Origin: an uncultured Acidobacteriota bacterium
Lineage (GTDB): Bacteria; Acidobacteriota; Vicinamibacteria; Vicinamibacterales; 2-12-FULL-66-21
Direction of reading: 5' to 3'
Assembly: GCA_963785755.1 (NCBI GenBank)
Contig: CAWAXG010000075.1
Span: 676,837-740,836, forward strand
DNA length: 64,000 nt
Under the pieces are notes generated by a model. That model had not been told where the DNA came from, searched no databases, and worked only from the letters and a program-made list of their open reading frames with translations. The translations under genes and the position numbers were made by a program. Below are positions 8,578 through 19,754 of the stretch, piece after piece; positions within the stretch are counted from its first letter, which is position 1; the number at the start of each line of letters is the position of its first letter.

Positions 8578-10162
8578 CTACCTGGTGCCCCCCTTGACGC
8601 TGGGGCTGTCGTCGGCCTGCAGATCGCCGAGCGCGTACTGCATGCCGTAGAGCAGATGCTCCATCATCGACGGGATGGCGTAGACCTTCTCGTTGTGGCC
8701 GTGCGCCATGTAGAAGACGCGCCCCTTGCCGTCGCGCTTGATCCAGCTGAGCGCGTAGTCGCCGTCGGCGCGCGGGGACTGCTCCTTCTTCTTGTCCTCT
8801 TCGCACATCTTCGAATAGTCGACGCTCGTGAGCACGCGGACGTTCTGGCGCGAGTAGGTGTCGCGGCCGAACGTGTAGGTTTCGTCGAAGACGACGACCG
8901 GGCCCTTGACCTTCTTGAAGGGCGCATTGAGCGGATGGTTCGGCTCGTCGATCTTGTAGGTGATCTCCTGGCCGTCGTTCCAGTGGAACTTGAAGAAGCC
9001 GCCGATCATCTTGTTGAACTCCGGCCACGTGCCGATCTGATTGTCGGGGCCCGTCTGTGTTGCCGCCCCCTGATTCGATGGTCCAGTGCAGCCTGGCCGC
9101 GGGGGAGTTGGCGCCGGCGTCGGCGGCGGCGCTGGCCAGAGCGCCGCAAAGCGCGCCGGGAACTCCGCCTGACTCACGCGGCCGGCCTTCGCCGTGTCCA
9201 TCCGGTCGTACCACATGTCGGCGACCGCGCTGAATTCCTCACGGCTCAACCGCTGATCGCTGTTCTTGTCCCCCTGGGCCAGAAGCTGCGCGACGATCGG
9301 CCCGGCCTGACCGCCGCCGTCGCCCGCCGCCGGGTCCACGTCCACCACCGCGTCCCGCTCCGCGGCCCGGACCGCCCGCTGCGGCAGCTGCGGAGCTTCG
9401 ATGGTACGAGTCGCTCGCGGCATGGATGCCGGCGAGTCCTTTGCCGCCGCGCACGAAGTCGAGCAGTGCCTTGCGGCGCGCTTCGGTCGCCGCCGTGTCC
9501 GCCGGATCATCGAGGAAGTGCCCGGTCGTGCTCGACAGGAAGATCGCGTCGTACTGCTTCAGGTTCTGTTCGTTGATGTCCGCGGCGTTGTAGGTCGTCG
9601 TCGCCGTCCACGCGCCCGTCTTCTTCCCCATCTCCTCGATCGTGCGCGCGGCGAGCGGAATCGACGAATGCACGAATCCCGCGGCCCTGCCGAGCACGAG
9701 CACGCGGCGAGCCTGCTTCGGCTTCGCCGGCGCCTTGTCCGGCAGCGCGGCCACCATCGCCGTCACGTCCTGCGGACAGGCGGTCTGCGGATTCGAGCTC
9801 CGGCCGCCGCATTCGGGCCCCTGCGCCGCGGGCGGCGGCCGCCGGCGGGGCTGGCGGCAGCGCCGCGTTCAGACCCGTAGTGAGCTGATCCTGAGCGAGG
9901 CTGCCCGCCTTCGCGCTGTCCCACTCGCCGAACCATCGCTCGAAGGCCGACTTCATCTCGGCGCGCGTCACCGCGCCGTCCTTGTCACCGTCGACCGCCA
10001 GGAAAAACGATGCCGCTCCGGCGCCGCGCGCCGCCGCCCCCGCCGCCCCCGCGCCCCTGCGCCGGCGGAGCCTGCGCGGCGGGAACGACCGCGCCGACGG
10101 CCAGGGCCACCGCCGCACACGCCGCAGCCGCCAGCGCCCCCCTCGAAATCGTCGATCTCATG
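8578..10162 (-). pseudogene. Exported ThuA-like (trehalose-utilisation family) protein with two EF-hand loops; three frameshifts as assembled
   Basis: ATG 10162 gives signal peptide MRSTISRGALAAAAACAAVALAVGA. EF-hand 1 (DGDKDGAVTRAE), the ThuA N-half (RRVLVLGRAAGFVHSSIP...GLAGIHAASDSYH), EF-hand 2 (DKNSDQRLSREE) and the ThuA C-half (WPEFNKMIGGFFKFHW...RVFYMAHGHN) lie in successive reading frames (ORFs 9507..10118, 9239..9766, 8578..9510). Confidence 0.7.
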
Positions 10163-10208
10163 CGTCCTCCTCGAATTGGATCTATGAACCGCCGTCACCT
10201 TCGAATCG

Positions 10209-10272
10209 TGAACTCCGAACCATTTGAACACCGAACTCTTGAAGCCATGAACCTTGAACACCTTGAACCGAC
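10209..10272. repeat. Family B simple-word element, copy B1 (right arm only)
   Basis: Tandem TGAAC words (tgaactcc gaaccatt tgaacacc gaactct tgaagcca tgaacct tgaacacct tgaaccgac). Ends with the family terminus TGAACCGAC directly abutting the stop codon of the next gene. Confidence 0.75.
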
Positions 10273-11637
10273 TCAGACGGGACTCGCTTTCCGCGCCTTA
10301 GCGTCCCAAGTAAACGCCTTCCCCCCTGCCTTGATCGATTCGATCGCGAGCAGCGTCGGCAGGGTCGAGTTGAGGCCAATCGCGATATCCGCTGTTGGAC
10401 GCTCCCGCGAGCGCATGCAGTCGAGGAAGTTGCGGATATGCGCCGCCGTCGCGTCGACCATGCTTGAATCCGTGTCTCCGCCGCCTCCCGCGAAGCCGAC
10501 CTTCACGGCCTTGGCGAGCGGCTGCGGCGGGACCGGCGGCGCAGCCGTGGCTCCAGGAGCGGCTCCGGGTGCAGCGCCGCGGCCGCCGCGGCCGCCGCGC
10601 CCGGCAGGCGCTGGCCGCGGCCGCACCTCGTAGCCTTCGCGGTTGACGAGCATCAGCGCGCGATCGCCGTAGAAGTAATTGCCCCACCACGGCTCGTTGT
10701 TCGGGCCGAACAATGCCGCATTCGAGAGCGTCGCGACGAGGTTGTCGTAGCGCATCGTGACCACGTAGGTGTCCGGGACCCGCTCGGGGTTCACCGGCGT
10801 GCGGACGTACTGCGCCGCCGCCTGCACCACCTGCGGCGTCTTCTCGTCCATCTTCAGGTACCAGTTCATCACGTCGACGATATGGACGCCCCAGTCGGTG
10901 ATGTTGCCGCCGCCGTAGTCGTACCACCCGCGCCAGTTGAGACGCTGCTGCACGAATTGCTTCCGCGCGGCGGGCCCCTGGAACATCTCCCAGTTCAGCG
11001 TCGGCGGCGGATCCGTCGGCTGCGGCGGTGTCTGCTGCTGCCCTCCGCCGCCGCCACCTCCGGGCGGCGCCATGACTACGTGATTCGCGACGCCGATCCC
11101 GCCTTCCTGCACCAGCTTCGCGGCTTCCATGAAGAGCGGCCACGAGCGCTGCTGCAATCCGATCTGCACCACGCGGTTGTACTGCCGTGCCGCGTCGAGC
11201 ATCTTCAGCGCCGGATCGATCTGATTCGAGACCGGCTTTTCGCAGTACACGTCCTTCCCGGCGGCGCAGGCCTCGATGGTCATCGGACTGTGCCAGTGAT
11301 CCGGCGTCGCGATCAGGACCGCATCGATATCCTTCCGCTCGAGAATCTTCCTGTAGTCCTCGTAGGTATCGACTTTGTGCCCTGCCGACGCCAGCTTCGA
11401 CGCCGTGTTGTCGAGGCGATCCTTGGCGACGTCGCAGATCGCGGTGAAGACACTGTCCTTGTGCGACAGCCACGACTGCATGACCTGATTCCCGCGGCTG
11501 CCGGTGCCGATGATCGCCACACGGATGCGGTTGTTCGCTCCCTGCACACCGCCCTGTGCCGGCGCACCGCTGACCGCCCACGACCGCGACGACGCAACCG
11601 CCACGATGGCCGCTTCCAGGAATTGGCGTCTATCCAT
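10273..11637 (-). CDS. TAT-exported Gfo/Idh/MocA family oxidoreductase
   Basis: ATG 11637 preceded by AAGGAG. Twin-arginine signal MDRRQFLEAA. Rossmann IIGTGSRG. 454 aa with two Gly/Pro/Arg low-complexity insertions (GGGGGGGQQQTPPQP; AGRGGRGGRGAAPGAAPG). Confidence 0.85.
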   Translation of the reverse strand: MDRRQFLEAAIVAVASSRSWAVSGAPAQGGVQGANNRIRVAIIGTGSRGNQVMQSWLSHKDSVFTAICDVAKDRLDNTASKLASAGHKVDTYEDYRKILERKDIDAVLIATPDHWHSPMTIEACAAGKDVYCEKPVSNQIDPALKMLDAARQYNRVVQIGLQQRSWPLFMEAAKLVQEGGIGVANHVVMAPPGGGGGGGQQQTPPQPTDPPPTLNWEMFQGPAARKQFVQQRLNWRGWYDYGGGNITDWGVHIVDVMNWYLKMDEKTPQVVQAAAQYVRTPVNPERVPDTYVVTMRYDNLVATLSNAALFGPNNEPWWGNYFYGDRALMLVNREGYEVRPRPAPAGRGGRGGRGAAPGAAPGATAAPPVPPQPLAKAVKVGFAGGGGDTDSSMVDATAAHIRNFLDCMRSRERPTADIAIGLNSTLPTLLAIESIKAGGKAFTWDAKARKASPV

Positions 11638-11650
11638 TGTGATGCTCCTT

Positions 11651-11743
11651 GGCAACTCCCAACCTCCAACTCTCAACGCCCAAAGGCGCCGTGCGCCTTG
11701 GTTCGGATGCCTTGGGGGTGGAAGTTGGAAGTTGGTGGTTGAC
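11651..11743. repeat. Family A simple-word hairpin element, copy A2
   Basis: caactcccaacctccaactctcaacgcccaa ... ttgggggtggaagttggaagttggtggttgac. Fills the gap between the dehydrogenase stop (11755) and the Gfo start (11637). Confidence 0.85.
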
Positions 11744-11754
11744 GATATCCGTTT

Positions 11755-13379
11755 CTATTGAGGCACCAGTCGAGCCAGCAGCCCCGGTGTCGAAGCCGAC
11801 ACCGGCTGCCCCGGAGTCTGGAGAAGAAGGTACATGTGCCCATCAGGCCCGATGGCCACGTCGCGAACGCGGCCGAACTGGCTGAACACCACTTCCTGAT
11901 GCGTCACCTTGTCGCCGGTGATTTCCAGCCGGCGGAGCTGCTGTCCTGCCATGCCTCCGAGGAACAGGTTGTTTCGCCAGGCGGGATAACGCGTGCCGGT
12001 GTAGAAGACCATGCCGCTCGGCGCGAGGGTCGGCGTGTAGTACACGATCGGCTGTTCCATCCCCGGCTCGGCTCGCTTCTCCATCCCCCGCTCGATGCCG
12101 TGGGTGATGACGCCCCAGCCATAGTTCTTGCCAGCCTCGACGATGTTCAGCTCGTCGCCGCCCTGCGGGCCGTGCTCCGACTCCCACAGTTTTCCGCTGA
12201 CCGGATCCCAGGCGAACCCTTGTGGATTGCGATGGCCGTAGCTCCAGATCGACGGCACCGCTCCGGCCTTGCCGGCGAAGGGATTGTCCTTGGGAATCGA
12301 CCCGTCGTCGTTGACGCGATGGACCTTGCCGAGCGGGTTCGACACGTTCTGCGCGTTGTCGGGCACGCCGCGCTCGCCGATCGAATAGAACAGATGTCCT
12401 TGACGATCGAACGTGAACCTCGAGCCGTAGTGCGAATTGTTCGTCGTGAACAGCTCCGGCGCGGGCCGATAGATGAACTGCTGATCCACCCACTCGTTGT
12501 TCGCGTTGATCTTGCCGCGCACGATCACGGTCATCGACGGAATGTTCGGCGTCTGCGATCCGCGGCCACCCTGCGGGGGCGCCGCAGGGGCCGCATCCGG
12601 CGGAGGCGGCGTGTATCCGGGAAGCGGCTCGGAGTATGAGAGATAAATCCAGCCGGTCTTCGCGTACTGCGGATGCACCTCGACATCGAACAGGCCGGCA
12701 TCCTGCCGCTCCCACACTTTCGGCGTTCCAGTGACGGGCGGGAGCAGCTTGCCCTTGTCGACGATGCGCAGCCGCCCGGGACGCTCGGTGATCAGGATGC
12801 GGCCGTCCGGCAGGAACGCGAGCCCCCACGGCGTCTCGAGCTCCCTGGCGAGCACCTCGATCTTGAACTTCTGCTTTTCCGACGTGATGACCTGACCGTC
12901 GGGATCGGCGACGAATTGCGGGCGTGGCTTGAGGGTGCGCGGCCTGCGTGCGCAGATACGCGACGAGCTGCCAGATCTGCTGATCGTTCAGCACGTCCTT
13001 GAACGGGATCATCTCCGTCTGCGGCACGCCCTGCGCGATCACCGACGCGATGCCTTCGTCATCTTTGGCGCGCGTCCACTGGTCATCGAACAGACTCGGC
13101 GCGCGGCCCGCTTGCGCCGCGGTTCCGTGACACGGCGCGCAGCGCTCGTCGTACAGCAGCGGCCGCAGGATTGCCACGGCCGCCCCGGCCGCCCTGCATC
13201 CCGCGCGCGGGCGCGTTGCCGCGTGCCGGGTCCGGCGCACCAGCGGGCGGGTTCTGCGAAGCCGGCGGCTGTGCAGGGGCCGGTTGAGCTTGCTGCGACC
13301 CCGACATGGGCTGCCACGAACCGAACGCGGTCATGAGCAGGATGCCGGCGGCGCCGGCGACTCGAATGCAGGCTTTCAT
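11755..13379 (-). pseudogene. Cytochrome c-fused PQQ-dependent sugar dehydrogenase (SGDH/sorbosone dehydrogenase type); two frameshifts as assembled
   Basis: ATG 13379 (GAGGTG upstream) gives signal peptide MKACIRVAGAAGILLMTAFG. A mono-haem domain (CAPCHG) and the beta-propeller (ETPWGLAFLPDGR, GHRNPQGFAWDP) lie in three frames (ORFs 13083..13385, 11843..13240, 11755..12855). Confidence 0.75.
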
Positions 13380-13467
13380 CACCACCTCAGCGTGGGGATC
13401 GGATGGCCATCGAATTGTCTGGGGATACGACGCAGGTGGGAGAGGTGATTCACTGGTGTGGAAAGCC

Positions 13468-13498
13468 GATGGAGCGGGTGAATGCCACCCGCTCCATC
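13468..13498 (-). terminator. Candidate stem-loop terminator/attenuator after the TonB receptor gene
   Basis: Perfect 13-bp stem gatggagcgggtg / cacccgctccatc with a 5-nt loop, 35 nt downstream of the stop at 13533. Followed on the minus strand by only a weak U-tract (GGCUUUCC). Confidence 0.4.
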
Positions 13499-13532
13499 GC
13501 GAACGATCGTGCTCGACGCTAGTCGCGCACCA

Positions 13533-16500
13533 TCAGAACGAGAATCGGACCATCAGCTGCATCCTGCGCAGATCGAGAGCGCGGTTTGCCGCCCCGAATC
13601 CTGCGGTCCTCGGCGTCAGGCGCGCCGGATTGATCGATCCGTCCGGCAGCGTCTGCGGATTGGTGAGGGTCATGCTCGTCGGATTGTCGAAGCTGGCGTT
13701 CGTGCTGGCTTGGTCAAATATAACGGTGTTGAGCGCGTTGTACATGTCCAGCCGCACCTGCAGCGTGCGCTCGCCGCCCATGCGGATGTCCCGCGAGATC
13801 GCCAGGTCGAGGATCTTGGTGCTGCAGTCGCGCAGGATGTTCCGGCCCGATTCGAGGCCGACGCTGCCGAACTGCGGTCCCCTGACCACCGACACGTCGA
13901 ACTGGCGATACCGATCGTCCGAGCAACCGCTGCCGGGATCGCCGGTGAAGACCACCCGCGCATTGTAGTCCGGAGATCCGGTGAGGTTCGTCTGGTTGAT
14001 GCCGTTGTAGCTGAACCCGAGGTCGTAGGGCTCGCCCGAACCATACGTGAAAATGCCGGCCAGCCGCCAGTCGTTGAGGATGGCGCCGACGACATTGCCA
14101 AAGCTCTCGGGCACGGACGGCAACGCCCAGATCGCATTGGAGCTCACCCAGTGCGTCCGTCCGCCCAGCTCCTTGTTCAGCTCTTCGTACTCCGCCTGGT
14201 CGGCCCGGATGGAAATCGAGCCGTCGGCGTTGTGCGTTATCCGTTTCTGCAGGCCGGTGTTGCCGGTGAGCGCCAACTGGCCGGTGTAGTTCACGCTGTA
14301 CGAGAAGCCGTTCCGGAACCGCCGGTTCAGCGACGCCTGAATCGAGTGATAGGTGTCCTCGAAGTCGGTCGTGTTCTGGTTGATGTTGCCGAGGCCCGGA
14401 TACGGGCGGAGCAGGTTCGCGGACAGCGCGTTTGCGCCGGGAGTCGCGCTCGGTGTCGGGATGGTCGTGTTCTGATACTGCGACAGATACGCCGTGCCGA
14501 GGTCGATCGAGTTGAGGTTCACGGTCGTTCCGCCCTGGAACGTGCCCAGGCGGTTGTAGCCGTGGTTGCCGACATACGAGATGTCCATCGCCATCGACCA
14601 CGGCAGCACGCGCTGCATGCCGACGTTCCACTGCCAGGAAGACGGCACGTCCGCCTGGTACTGGAAGGTGACCAGCGAGGGAACCGGTGACGGGCTCAGC
14701 CCCGCTCCGAGCTGACTGAGCTGGCCGTTGCGGAGGTCCCGCGCCGTGGCGATCGGTGGATTGCCGGGAATGGAAAAGACGGTGTTCCCGTCAGGCCGAT
14801 CGTAGAAGAGCCCGCCGCCCGCGCGAAGCACCGTGCTCTGCGTGCCGGTCAGGTCGTACGCAACGCCGACTCTTGGCCCGACGATGAGCTTCGGCCAGGT
14901 ATAGCCGGTGTCGGCAATGCCGTCGCCGGCCTGGCGAATGCCGTTGAGCGGGTTTCCGGACCCGGGAATCGGCGTCGCGATCGCCGCCTGCGTGTTGAGC
15001 GTGCCCGGTGCCGTCAGAATCTGCCCGTTGCGCGGATCCATCGCATTCAGGGTGTTCCCTGAGCAGGTGACCGCGCCGTTGCTGCAACCCGGGATGTACA
15101 GCACCTGCTTCTGCGCGTTGTTCCAGAGCTCGGGGAAGAAGTTCGACATCTGCTGGAACTGGTCGTACTGCGGCCCCTGGCGGGTGAAGCGCATGCCGTA
15201 ATCGAGCGTCATGCGGTTGTTCACCTTCCAGTTGTCCTGGATGTAGAACTCGGTGTTGTCGTAGATCATGCTGCCCTCGACGAAGTTCGAGGCCTGCAGG
15301 TACTGCCTGAAGACGCCGGTCGCCGCGTTGGCATAGCCGAACCGCGTGTCGAGCGCGTTGTTCACGTCGTCGGCAAAGTCCACGAATCCCTGGAACGAGA
15401 GGTTGGCGATGCCACCGGCGCCGACGTTCTGCGCCTTGAAGCTGTGGTTGTTGTAGAAGCCGCCCTTGAACGTGTGCCGGCCCATGACCTTGGTCAAGCT
15501 GACGGCCACGTCCTGCGTGCGGTTGATGTTCAACCAGCCCGGATAACGCTGCTGCGGTGGCGCCGCGCCGATCCGTCCGCCCCAGCCGAACGTCGGCGGC
15601 AGGTTCAGATTCGCGCCATCCCAGAACGGCGGCTTGACGGCTTCCATGACTTCGAAGGCGTAGTAGCTCGGATTCACGTAGCCCGCGTCCTCATAGAGCG
15701 TCGGGAATCCCGGCATGCTGGTGAGGCGGTTGGACGCCTCGTTCATCAGGATGCCGTTCTCGTTGCCACCTGCCAGCTCGTTGCGGATGAACCCGTAAGT
15801 GCCTTCGAGGAAGGTCGTCGGGTTGATCGTCCAGTTGCCGGTGATCGCGTAGTTCGTCACGAAGGGATACGGCGTGTACGCGTCGCTGAAGCCGGGGATG
15901 ATGCCTGGCCTCGTGATCTTGCGTTCGCGCTGGCCCGAGTACTTGCCGGTGATGCGCCAGTTGGATGACAACTGGTAATCCAGGCGAATCGCCGGCTGCT
16001 GGATCAGGTTCTCGAACTGCGGCGCCGGAATCTCATAGTTCCAGTTGGTGGTCGGCGCCTGCTCCATGGTGGGCAGCGGGTAGCGGTTCAGCACCGCCAG
16101 GCCCGGCGTATAGAGACGGTCCTGTGGAATGCGGCCGAGAACACCACCGGCCTGGAAGCAACCGGCGGTATTCGTCGCCGTGCAGTCCAGTCCGCTCTGG
16201 TGGTCCCGAATCAGGTTGAACAGGTTGCCGTTCTGATCGCGCGTCTGCGAGAAGTCGCCGTTGCGCTCGGCCTGGGTCGGCACGCGCAGGCGAATCGGGT
16301 TGCCGTTGTTGATCGGGCTGTTCCGCGGACGGTACTCGTGCGCGTAGAAGAAGAACAGCTTGTTCTGCGCTCCCGGCTTGCCGATCGGGCCGCCGATCGA
16401 ATAGCCCCAGTCCTTTTCGTCGACGACCGGCTTGGGGTCTTTGTTCTCCTTGTTCACCCAGCTGTTCGAGTACCACTTGCTGTCCCGCTCGACGTCGTAG

Positions 16501-17265
16501 ACCGATCCGCGGAAGCGGTTCGTGCCGCTCTTGGTGACCGCGGTGACCTGCAGGCCGCTCGAACGGCCGAATTCAGCCTGGTAGCCCTGGGTGAGGATCT
16601 TCACTTCGCCGATGGACTCGGTGTTCATCGAGAGCATCTGCCCGTTGTTGCCGGTGTCCATCGCCGACGCGCCGTCCATCATGATGTTGTTCTGGCCGGC
16701 GCCGCCGAGACGCGTTGCGCCTGCCGCCCCTGACGTTCCGGCGCCGCCCTGCCCGCCCAGGATGACTCCGGGCGTGAACTGCACGGCGTTGATGAAGTTC
16801 TGCCGGTTGAACGGCAGGTTCTCGATCTGCACCTGCGCGACGGCGAACGACCGCTCCGCGCTCTGCGACTGCACGAGCAGCGATTCGGCGGTGACGTTCA
16901 CGGTTTCGGTGATCGCTCCGGTCTCGAGCGTGATCGCGGGGACGCCCACACGGTCGCCGCCGCTGACCTTGACGCCCGTCCGGCGCGAGGTCTTGAAGGA
17001 GTCCATCGAAACTTCGACGGTATAGATATCCGCGGTGACGTTCGGAAAGACGTAAACGCCAGCCTCATTGGTGACGACCGGTGCCAACTGCGTACCGCGT
17101 GACTCGCTGATGAGCACAACGGTCGCGCCGGGAATGACGCCACCCTGGGCGTCACTGACGGATCCACTGATGTTGCCCGTCGTAATCTGCGCTGAAGCAG
17201 TCGCAAAGCTCGCAAGCAGCGCGACAAGCGTGATTACGAGGACCAGAACCTCTCCTCACCTGCAT
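13533..17265 (-). CDS. TonB-dependent receptor with carboxypeptidase-regulatory-like N-terminal domain
   Basis: The 1194-aa ORF (13533..17117) carries a CarbopepD_reg-like domain (VTNEAGVYVFPNV...YTVEV), plug, large barrel and C-terminal ...LMVRFSF. Upstream, the in-frame signal h-region VLVLVITLVALLASFATASAQ has no start codon. ATG 17265 (GGAGG upstream, MQVRR) is one base out of frame, implying an indel near 17245-17253. Confidence 0.85.
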
Positions 17266-17799
17266 GCTCCCTCCTCCTCTCAACCACAAACGAACAATCC
17301 CGGCACGGCAATCGATTGCGAAACATCCGCGCCGCCTCCACCCTCGCCGAAACGAAACTTCCGTCGCAGGCCCGTACGTGCGTCCGCTCAGACGCTCCTG
17401 GTCGATCGTCTGCCGCCAAGATCCTTGTGTTGTGTGCCGATGATGTGATGTGAAGAAGTCGTGCCGCCGGGGTCGGTCAGGAGGGAATCGGGTCGCGAAT
17501 CACGGGACCGCTGCCCGGTCGCGCTGCACTGCGCGACTGTCTCGTACAGCGCCTGATCGCTGAGGAGCCTGATGCCTCTCATGCCGCCCTTCTCGAGTCT
17601 GTATCGCCCCGATGTCGGTTCCGGGTAGCGCGCAGCCTAACCCAGATTGCATGCAGAGTCCAGCACGAACAATCGATAAAACCGCTTCGATTTCCGCGCA
17701 ATCCAAGATCCTGTATGCAGACAGCTTCCATCAGCCCTGCTCGTTTCGAATCACGAAACGGACGTTCCATGCCGCGATATGAGGCTGCCGGACGGCGGG

Positions 17800-18897
17800 T
17801 CAGAATCCACGAACGCGGACCCAGAAGCTCTCTTCCCAGGTGCCCCCCGGAGGCACGCTCTGGAGGTCTTTGTAGAGCCCCTTGTGGGCGAGGTTCATTG
17901 CATTCGTGATGCCGACCATCGGCTCGAAGCAGATGTAGTTCCGGTCGCCCGCCCCCTGCCCAGCTCCGGCGCCCGTTCCGGGCTTCGGCTTCGGAGCGTA
18001 AATCACCATCGCACGGTAATTTGGGCCCAAAACCACGTCGAGCTCCTGCGCCTTTCCTTTCAGCGTCATCACCGCCCGGCCGGACCCGTCGCGGGCCAGA
18101 TCGCCAAACACGTGATCCAGGTCGTAGTCCTTCAACGGAATGACTTTCGGATCCGGAAAGAAGGATTCGATCGGCTGGGTTTCCCCGGTCGGCAGGTGGT
18201 TCGCGTCGAGCAGCCAGTGGCTCTTCGCCCCCACCGAAATCGTCCAGTCGTCGCGCATCGAGTCGGTCAGCTGAAAGTACGGATGGAACCCGATCGCGAC
18301 CGGCATCGGGTCCGTGCTCAGGTTGTCGATTCGCGTCGTCACCTGCATCACGCCGTCCTTCAGCGTGTAGGTCATGTCAATCGTGTGGGCAAACGGGAAC
18401 TGTTTGATCCACAGCGGGATTGCGATAGAACTCGAGCCGGCTCGTCGTCCGGGCAGACGTCGCGTCCGCCTTCACGTCCACGACTTTCCACTGGTTGTTG
18501 AAGGTCAGCAGGCCGTGAATCGGGATCTTCCCCCTGACGTTCCCCAGGGTCATGTCGAACTCGTAGCGCTTGCCGTTGGCGTAGAACGCCTGCTCGTCGA
18601 GCCGGTTCGCCCACGGTGCGAGAAAGGGATTGCCGTTGAAGCCGGGGCGCGTCTTGAACTCCTCGATCGAGGCATACGGCCACCGGAGGACGTTGTGCCC
18701 TTTCACCTTCATCTCGAACGCGAGGTTGCCGACCGACGGCAGGATCGAGATCGTCGTCTGATACTTCGAGTCGTGCAGCTCGACGACGTCGCCGGTCTGC
18801 TTCGCGGTGTACTGTTGCGCAGCGGCCGGGGCGGCGACGATCGCGAATGCGGTCACGTCAGAACCACCACTGCGGCCCGCCGTCGTGTCTGCATCAT
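17800..18897 (-). pseudogene. Exported aldose 1-epimerase family protein; two compensating frameshifts as assembled
   Basis: ATG 18897 (MMQTRRRAAVVVL...) and the C-terminal part (17800..18375, ...GFHPYFQL...) share one frame. The middle 18377..18856 (...FLAPWANRLDEQAF...) is in another. The second junction is at a GGG/CCC run near 18413-18418 (RLEFYRNP | LWIKQFPFAHTIDMTYTL). Confidence 0.7.
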
Positions 18898-18947
18898 GGG
18901 TGAATGCTTCGCCTCATCTGTGGGACCCGTGCGGGACCCGTCCCGCG

Positions 18948-19754
18948 TCAGCGCGCGCCTCGACCGATCTCTTCGGCCGCCTCCTTCAGGATGGGCAGGA
19001 ACTCACGCTGCAACGTCCTGGTTTCGACGCGGCCTGCTTGAACCCCGACGTTGAGCGCCGCCACGACCGCGCCGTCGTGCCGATGGATCGGGACGGCGAT
19101 CGATCGCAGTCCCAGCTCGAGCTCCTGATCGACAATCGCGTGGCCCTGGGCCCGCACGCGATCGATCTCCGCACGGAGCTCTTTCCTGTCCACAATCGTC
19201 CGATCGGTCCGCCGGGTCAGCCTGACTTGCGAGAAGAAACGCACCAGCTGCTCGTTGCTGCCATACGCGAGGAGCACCCGGCCCGATGCCGTGCATGCGG
19301 CGGGCAGGCGGCTGCCGACCGCGATTTCGACCGACAGGATACGCCGGGTCGCGACCCGCGCTACGAAAACTATTTCATCGCGATCGAGCACGGCAACAGC
19401 GGTGGCTTCCTGCAAGCGTCCGGAAACCCGTTCGAGGACGGGCTGTGCTGTCATCGCGATGGATGAGGTCCCGAGATACGCCTGCCCGAGCGCAAGGACG
19501 GCTGGGGTCAGCTCGAAGCCGCCGTTGGCTGGCGCGGCATAGCCCAGGACGTGAAGAGTGTGCAGGCACCGGCGTGCAGACGCACGGGACAGGCCGGTCA
19601 CGGCAGCGACCTCAGCGCCCGAGAGCGGACTCCGCCCTTTCCCGAACGCTCTGATCACTGACAAGCCGCGGGCCAGCGATTCCATGTAGTACGGATCGCT
19701 CGGTCGCGTCTCGCCGGAGGCCGTAAGCGTCACCCCTGAAGCGGAGTCGGGCAT
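18948..19754 (-). CDS. IclR family transcriptional regulator (PcaR/PcaU-like by context)
   Basis: 268 aa from ATG 19754. N-terminal wHTH (SLARGLSVIRAF...VTGLSRASARRCLHTL) and a C-terminal IclR effector domain. Lies about 3 kb from the end of the pca operon. Confidence 0.8.
   Translation of the reverse strand: MPDSASGVTLTASGETRPSDPYYMESLARGLSVIRAFGKGRSPLSGAEVAAVTGLSRASARRCLHTLHVLGYAAPANGGFELTPAVLALGQAYLGTSSIAMTAQPVLERVSGRLQEATAVAVLDRDEIVFVARVATRRILSVEIAVGSRLPAACTASGRVLLAYGSNEQLVRFFSQVRLTRRTDRTIVDRKELRAEIDRVRAQGHAIVDQELELGLRSIAVPIHRHDGAVVAALNVGVQAGRVETRTLQREFLPILKEAAEEIGRGAR

Noticed and set aside
17470-17560. A plus-strand string GGGAATCGGGTCGCGAATCACGGGACCGCTGCCCGG...CTGCACTG superficially resembles a cobalamin riboswitch core upstream of a TonB receptor gene.
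   Set aside because: It is on the wrong strand for the minus-strand receptor gene. The expected P3 pairing and a proper B12 box are not present. No plus-strand gene follows.
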